Below, one piece after another: positions 60,261-64,000 of a stretch of DNA of 64,000 nt. The notes beneath the pieces are model-generated. The model made no database searches and was not told the DNA's origin. It worked only from the letters and a program-made list of their open reading frames with translations. This stretch comes from Alphaproteobacteria bacterium. GTDB taxonomy: Bacteria; Pseudomonadota; Alphaproteobacteria; UBA6615. Both the position numbers and the translations under genes were made by a program. Each line of letters starts with the position of its first letter. Position 1 is the stretch's first letter. The DNA lies in contig JAKUPN010000006.1 in assembly GCA_022449545.1 (NCBI GenBank), positions 13-64,012 of the forward strand, in the 5' to 3' direction.

Positions 60261-61001
60261 ATGGAATGGACCGACGATGCGATCATAATTGGTTCTAGAA
60301 GACATGGAGAAAAATCTTCAATAATCCAGATGTTAACGAAGAATCACGGGAAACACGCAGGGTTGTTGTCTGGTGGTAGTACTTCTTCTAAAAGGCATCT
60401 TGTAGAACCAGGTAATTACGTAAGTGCCAATTGGCGTGGAAGGTTACCCGAGCATCTTGGCAGAGTTAATTTAGAGCTAGAGCGATCGTTTGGGGCTGTC
60501 ATCTTTGATGAGCCAAAAAAGCTAGCTGCATTAAACTCTATTTGCGAGATTATATTATTAGTATTACCTGAAAGAGAATCACATAATGAAATATTTACAG
60601 CTACACTCTTTCTTTTACAAAATATGGTAAATGAACATGATGATATCTGGTTAGCCCTTTATGTTAGATGGGAGTTGGGCTTGTTGGGTGCATTAGGATT
60701 TGGGTTACAGTTATCTAAATGTGCAGTTACGGGAGAAACAAGTGATTTAGCATATGTTAGCCCTAAAACTGGCCGAGCTGTGTCTATGGAGGTCGGATTA
60801 CCTTACAAACAACAATTATTTGTGTTGCCTAATTTTTTATCTAATAGAGAGCACACTACGAGTAGTGCGAGTAGTGAGGACATAATCAATGGTGTCAAAT
60901 TGACGGGCTATTTTTTAGAAAAATTCGTATTTGCATCTTTTAATAAGACTCTTCCTCCAATGCGAAATAGGTTTAGTGATCTAGTCAATAAAGAAATTTA
61001 A
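60261..61001 (+). CDS. recO: DNA repair protein RecO
   Basis: MEWTD, RRHGE, WELGLL..LGFGL, YVSPKTGRAVS; follows era. Confidence 0.93.
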   Translation: MEWTDDAIIIGSRRHGEKSSIIQMLTKNHGKHAGLLSGGSTSSKRHLVEPGNYVSANWRGRLPEHLGRVNLELERSFGAVIFDEPKKLAALNSICEIILLVLPERESHNEIFTATLFLLQNMVNEHDDIWLALYVRWELGLLGALGFGLQLSKCAVTGETSDLAYVSPKTGRAVSMEVGLPYKQQLFVLPNFLSNREHTTSSASSEDIINGVKLTGYFLEKFVFASFNKTLPPMRNRFSDLVNKEI

Positions 61002-61080
61002 TAAAAAACTAGTATAGCAAAAATCAACAAGTTGATTTAAAACACCTATGCAATACTAGATATAGGGCAGTATTTATAAA

Positions 61081-63306
61081 ATGTCATTAAATGGCGGTAA
61101 TGGAAATATTCGTGAAGAAAGTTTTAAAGATGCTCTTAGTGAGAGATATCTAAACTATGCCGTCTCTACTATTATGTCGCGTTCTTTACCAGATGTTCGA
61201 GACGGGTTAAAACCCGTCCATAGAAGGCTCTTATACGCAATGCTGCAGTTACGTTTAAATCCAGAACAAGGATTTAAAAAGTGTGCTCGAATAGTTGGTG
61301 ATGTGATGGGTAAGTATCATCCTCATGGAGATCAAGCTATTTATGATGCATTGGTCAGATTGGCACAACAATTTTCTGTTAGGTATCCATTAATTGATGG
61401 TCAAGGAAATTTTGGAAATATAGACGGCGATAATGCTGCGGCAATGAGGTATACAGAATCCCGATTAACTGAAACTGCTATATCATTGCTTGATGGTATA
61501 GACCAGGATTCTGTTGATTTTCGAGGTACTTATGATGGTGACGGTTCGGAGCCAGTAGTTTTACCGGCCAATTTTCCAAATTTATTGGCTAATGGTGCTA
61601 GTGGTATTGCTGTTGGCATGGCATCAAGCATACCACCACATAATGTTAATGAAATTTATGATGCAGCTTTGCATCTTTTGAAAACTCCTAATGCAACAAT
61701 TTCTAAATTAGTTAGTTTTATTTCTGGACCAGATTTTCCTACAGGTGGAGTTTTGGTTGAAGAAAAGAAGGCAGTGGTTGAAGCTTATAGTCAAGGGAAA
61801 GGAAGTTTTCGTATTCGTTCGAAATGGGAAGTTGAAAATCTTGCCCATGGACAATATCAAGTAATCATAACTGAGATACCTTACTTGGTTCAAAAGTCTC
61901 GACTAATTGAAAAAATAGCTGATCTTTTACAACAAAAGAAATTGATTCTGTTATCAGATATAAGAGATGAGTCTGCTGATGACATCCGACTTGTGCTGGA
62001 ACCAAAAAATAGAAACGTTGATCCCGAGGTTCTTATGGAGAGTTTGTTTCGTGCAACTGATTTGGAATCACGGTTTAGCTTAAACATGAACGTTATTGAT
62101 TCAAATCAGAATCCTCGAGTTATGTCGTTGAGAGAAGTACTTCAGGCATTTATTGATCACCGACATCAAATACTTATAAGAAGTAGTAAATATAAACTTA
62201 ATAATATAATACGGCGTTTAGAGATTCTAAATGGTTATATGATTGTTTATTTACATCTGAATCAAATAATACAGATTATAAGAGAGGAAGAAGATCCAAA
62301 ATCAGTATTTAAAATTAAATGGGGTTTGAGTGACGCTCAATCTGATGCAATTTTAAACATGAGATTACGATCCCTTCGTCGTCTTGAAGAAATTTCGATT
62401 AAAAAAGAGATAACGAATCTAAACTCCGAAAAAAAGTTAATCAAACAATTATTAGATAATAAGAAAAAGCGTTTAGAACGAATAAGTGATGAATTTAAAA
62501 CGGTAAAAAAACAGTATAATGATAAGACGCTTATCGGAAAAAGGAGGACTATAATTGGCCTCCCCCCCAAAGAGATGGACATGTCTGCTGAGTTTGTAGT
62601 CGAAAAAGAAGAGGTCACGGTTGTCTGTTCGCAGAAAGGTTGGGTCCGTACAATTAAGGGACATGGATTAAAAAATAATGAATTAAAATATAAAGAAGGA
62701 GACAAAGAAAGATTCATTATTAAGGCGCTAACTACAGACAAATTAATCTTATTTGTTAGTGATGGTAGATTTTTTACATTGGGAGTAAATAATTTACCTG
62801 GTGGTAGAGGGCATGGAGAGCCAATTAGTCTTATGATTGATCTTGGAAATGATAGCGAAATAGTTAATGTTTTAACGCATGATCCAAACAGAAAACTCAT
62901 TATTTCCTCTGATAATGGGAGGGGTTTTATAGTTCCAGAAAAGGATGTTGTTGCTATGACAAAAGCTGGAAAAAAAGTCTTATTTTTGGATGAAGGCGCG
63001 GAATCCAGTATATGTACTCCTATTAACGGTGATCATATAGCTTTAATTGGAACGAACAGGAAGTTGCTAATTTTTCCCATCAGTGAGTTGCCTACTATGT
63101 CTAAAGGAAAGGGAGTAAGGCTGCAGAATTATACAAACAGCGCGTTGGGTGATTTAACGACTTTTTTTCTGGAACAAGGGTTAATGGTTCGAACAGGAAA
63201 CCGAAATAGAACTTTCAGTTCAAAAGAAATCGTTCAGTGGTGTGGTAAAAGGGCACAAACCGGAAAGTTACCTCCTGCAGGTTTTCCTCGCTCTAATGTT
63301 TTTTAG
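61081..63306 (+). CDS. parC: DNA topoisomerase IV subunit A
   Basis: [24 protein letters not shown]; short C-terminal domain without GyrA box. Confidence 0.94.
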   Translation: MSLNGGNGNIREESFKDALSERYLNYAVSTIMSRSLPDVRDGLKPVHRRLLYAMLQLRLNPEQGFKKCARIVGDVMGKYHPHGDQAIYDALVRLAQQFSVRYPLIDGQGNFGNIDGDNAAAMRYTESRLTETAISLLDGIDQDSVDFRGTYDGDGSEPVVLPANFPNLLANGASGIAVGMASSIPPHNVNEIYDAALHLLKTPNATISKLVSFISGPDFPTGGVLVEEKKAVVEAYSQGKGSFRIRSKWEVENLAHGQYQVIITEIPYLVQKSRLIEKIADLLQQKKLILLSDIRDESADDIRLVLEPKNRNVDPEVLMESLFRATDLESRFSLNMNVIDSNQNPRVMSLREVLQAFIDHRHQILIRSSKYKLNNIIRRLEILNGYMIVYLHLNQIIQIIREEEDPKSVFKIKWGLSDAQSDAILNMRLRSLRRLEEISIKKEITNLNSEKKLIKQLLDNKKKRLERISDEFKTVKKQYNDKTLIGKRRTIIGLPPKEMDMSAEFVVEKEEVTVVCSQKGWVRTIKGHGLKNNELKYKEGDKERFIIKALTTDKLILFVSDGRFFTLGVNNLPGGRGHGEPISLMIDLGNDSEIVNVLTHDPNRKLIISSDNGRGFIVPEKDVVAMTKAGKKVLFLDEGAESSICTPINGDHIALIGTNRKLLIFPISELPTMSKGKGVRLQNYTNSALGDLTTFFLEQGLMVRTGNRNRTFSSKEIVQWCGKRAQTGKLPPAGFPRSNVF

Positions 63307-63378
63307 AACGATTAACTTAAAAAGTTACTAATTAAAGGTTTTGTGAAATTTTGGATTATTTAGGAAGGATATAAAAAT

Positions 63379-63993
63379 ATGAACAAAACAGTAGCCCTGC
63401 AATCTACTATTGCTAGCTTAATTTGGCCAAACAGAAGTTCATCATTAGATATGCGTATTATACGGGGTGTTATACTAGCGATAATTGGAAGTTTTGTTGT
63501 TGCGGCCCTTGCTCAGATATCAGTCCCACTTTGGCCTGTGCCCATTACTGGACAAACTTTTGGTGTTTTAATCGTTGGGATGGCATTAGGTAGTAAACTT
63601 GGTATGTTATCGCTCACTCTTTATATGTTAGAAGGTATCTGCGGCTTACCCGTCTTCGCTAACTTTAGTTCTGGTCCTGGAGTTATAGTAGGGCCTACTG
63701 GTGGCTATATAATTGGCTTCATATTTGCCGCTGGAGCAATAGGCTATTTGGCAGAGAGAAAATGGGATCGTTCAATATTGTCTACTGCATTGGCAATGCT
63801 TATTGGAAATATAATACTTTATATCCCTGGATTAATATGGCTTGGTTTATTCTTTGCAGGACTTGGAAAACCAGATCCACTTGAGGCTTCAATTGTTGCT
63901 GGTTTATTTCCATTTCTTATAGGTGATGTATTAAAGCTGGCGTTGGCTGCATTGTTATTCCCAACAGCATGGAGGTATATTCTGACTAAGTAA
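63379..63993 (+). CDS. bioY: Biotin transporter S-component
   Basis: PVPITGQT, GLPVFA, GPTGGYIIGF, PFLIGD..K. Confidence 0.94.
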   Translation: MNKTVALQSTIASLIWPNRSSSLDMRIIRGVILAIIGSFVVAALAQISVPLWPVPITGQTFGVLIVGMALGSKLGMLSLTLYMLEGICGLPVFANFSSGPGVIVGPTGGYIIGFIFAAGAIGYLAERKWDRSILSTALAMLIGNIILYIPGLIWLGLFFAGLGKPDPLEASIVAGLFPFLIGDVLKLALAALLFPTAWRYILTK

Positions 63994-64000
63994 CATTAAA

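Noticed and set aside
2004..62900. Numerous short antisense or alternate-frame ORFs in the track (e.g. 3775-4260, 6195-6671, 25781-26386, 36471-36956, 62337-62900)
   Set aside because: They lie largely within well-supported genes and show no family motifs; treated as shadow ORFs
1..64000. Mobile elements, prophage or defence systems
   Set aside because: No transposase, integrase, phage structural, restriction-modification or classical toxin-antitoxin proteins recognised

Overview
A gene-dense, AT-rich (roughly mid-30s % GC by eye) chromosomal window. Gene content and order point to an alphaproteobacterium (inference from NDUFA12-mlaD-DUF2155/aat-accC-accB-aroQ, folK-rpoZ-rsh-pdxJ-acpS-lepB-rnc-era-recO-parC, clpS-clpA and class II nrdJ). 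It also holds glnS, dapA-smpB, an expanded leucine-degradation (liu) cluster, a tripartite tricarboxylate transporter catabolic cluster, galU-ugd-pmm and bioY. I saw no rRNA, tRNA, CRISPR or mobile element. Most interesting signals: (1) an unannotated ~300-nt unit at ~34.95-35.27 kb with 16 nt of perfect complementarity to the 16S rRNA 3' end, a 28-codon ORF, six GGTG(N)AT motifs, competing pairings and an intrinsic terminator; (2) a three-subunit (split-beta) cobalt nitrile-hydratase/thiocyanate-hydrolase-like operon with a mixed active-site signature and no adjacent activator; (3) a three-hairpin anti-SD RNA of suhB/MmgR-like layout in the nrdJ 3' UTR; (4) a D-Ala-D-Ala carboxypeptidase that apparently needs a non-canonical (ATT/ATA) start; (5) an LmdC-like M23 peptidase whose 3' end may retain a dead bactofilin start. 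All protein calls come from motif recognition by eye, with no database searches.
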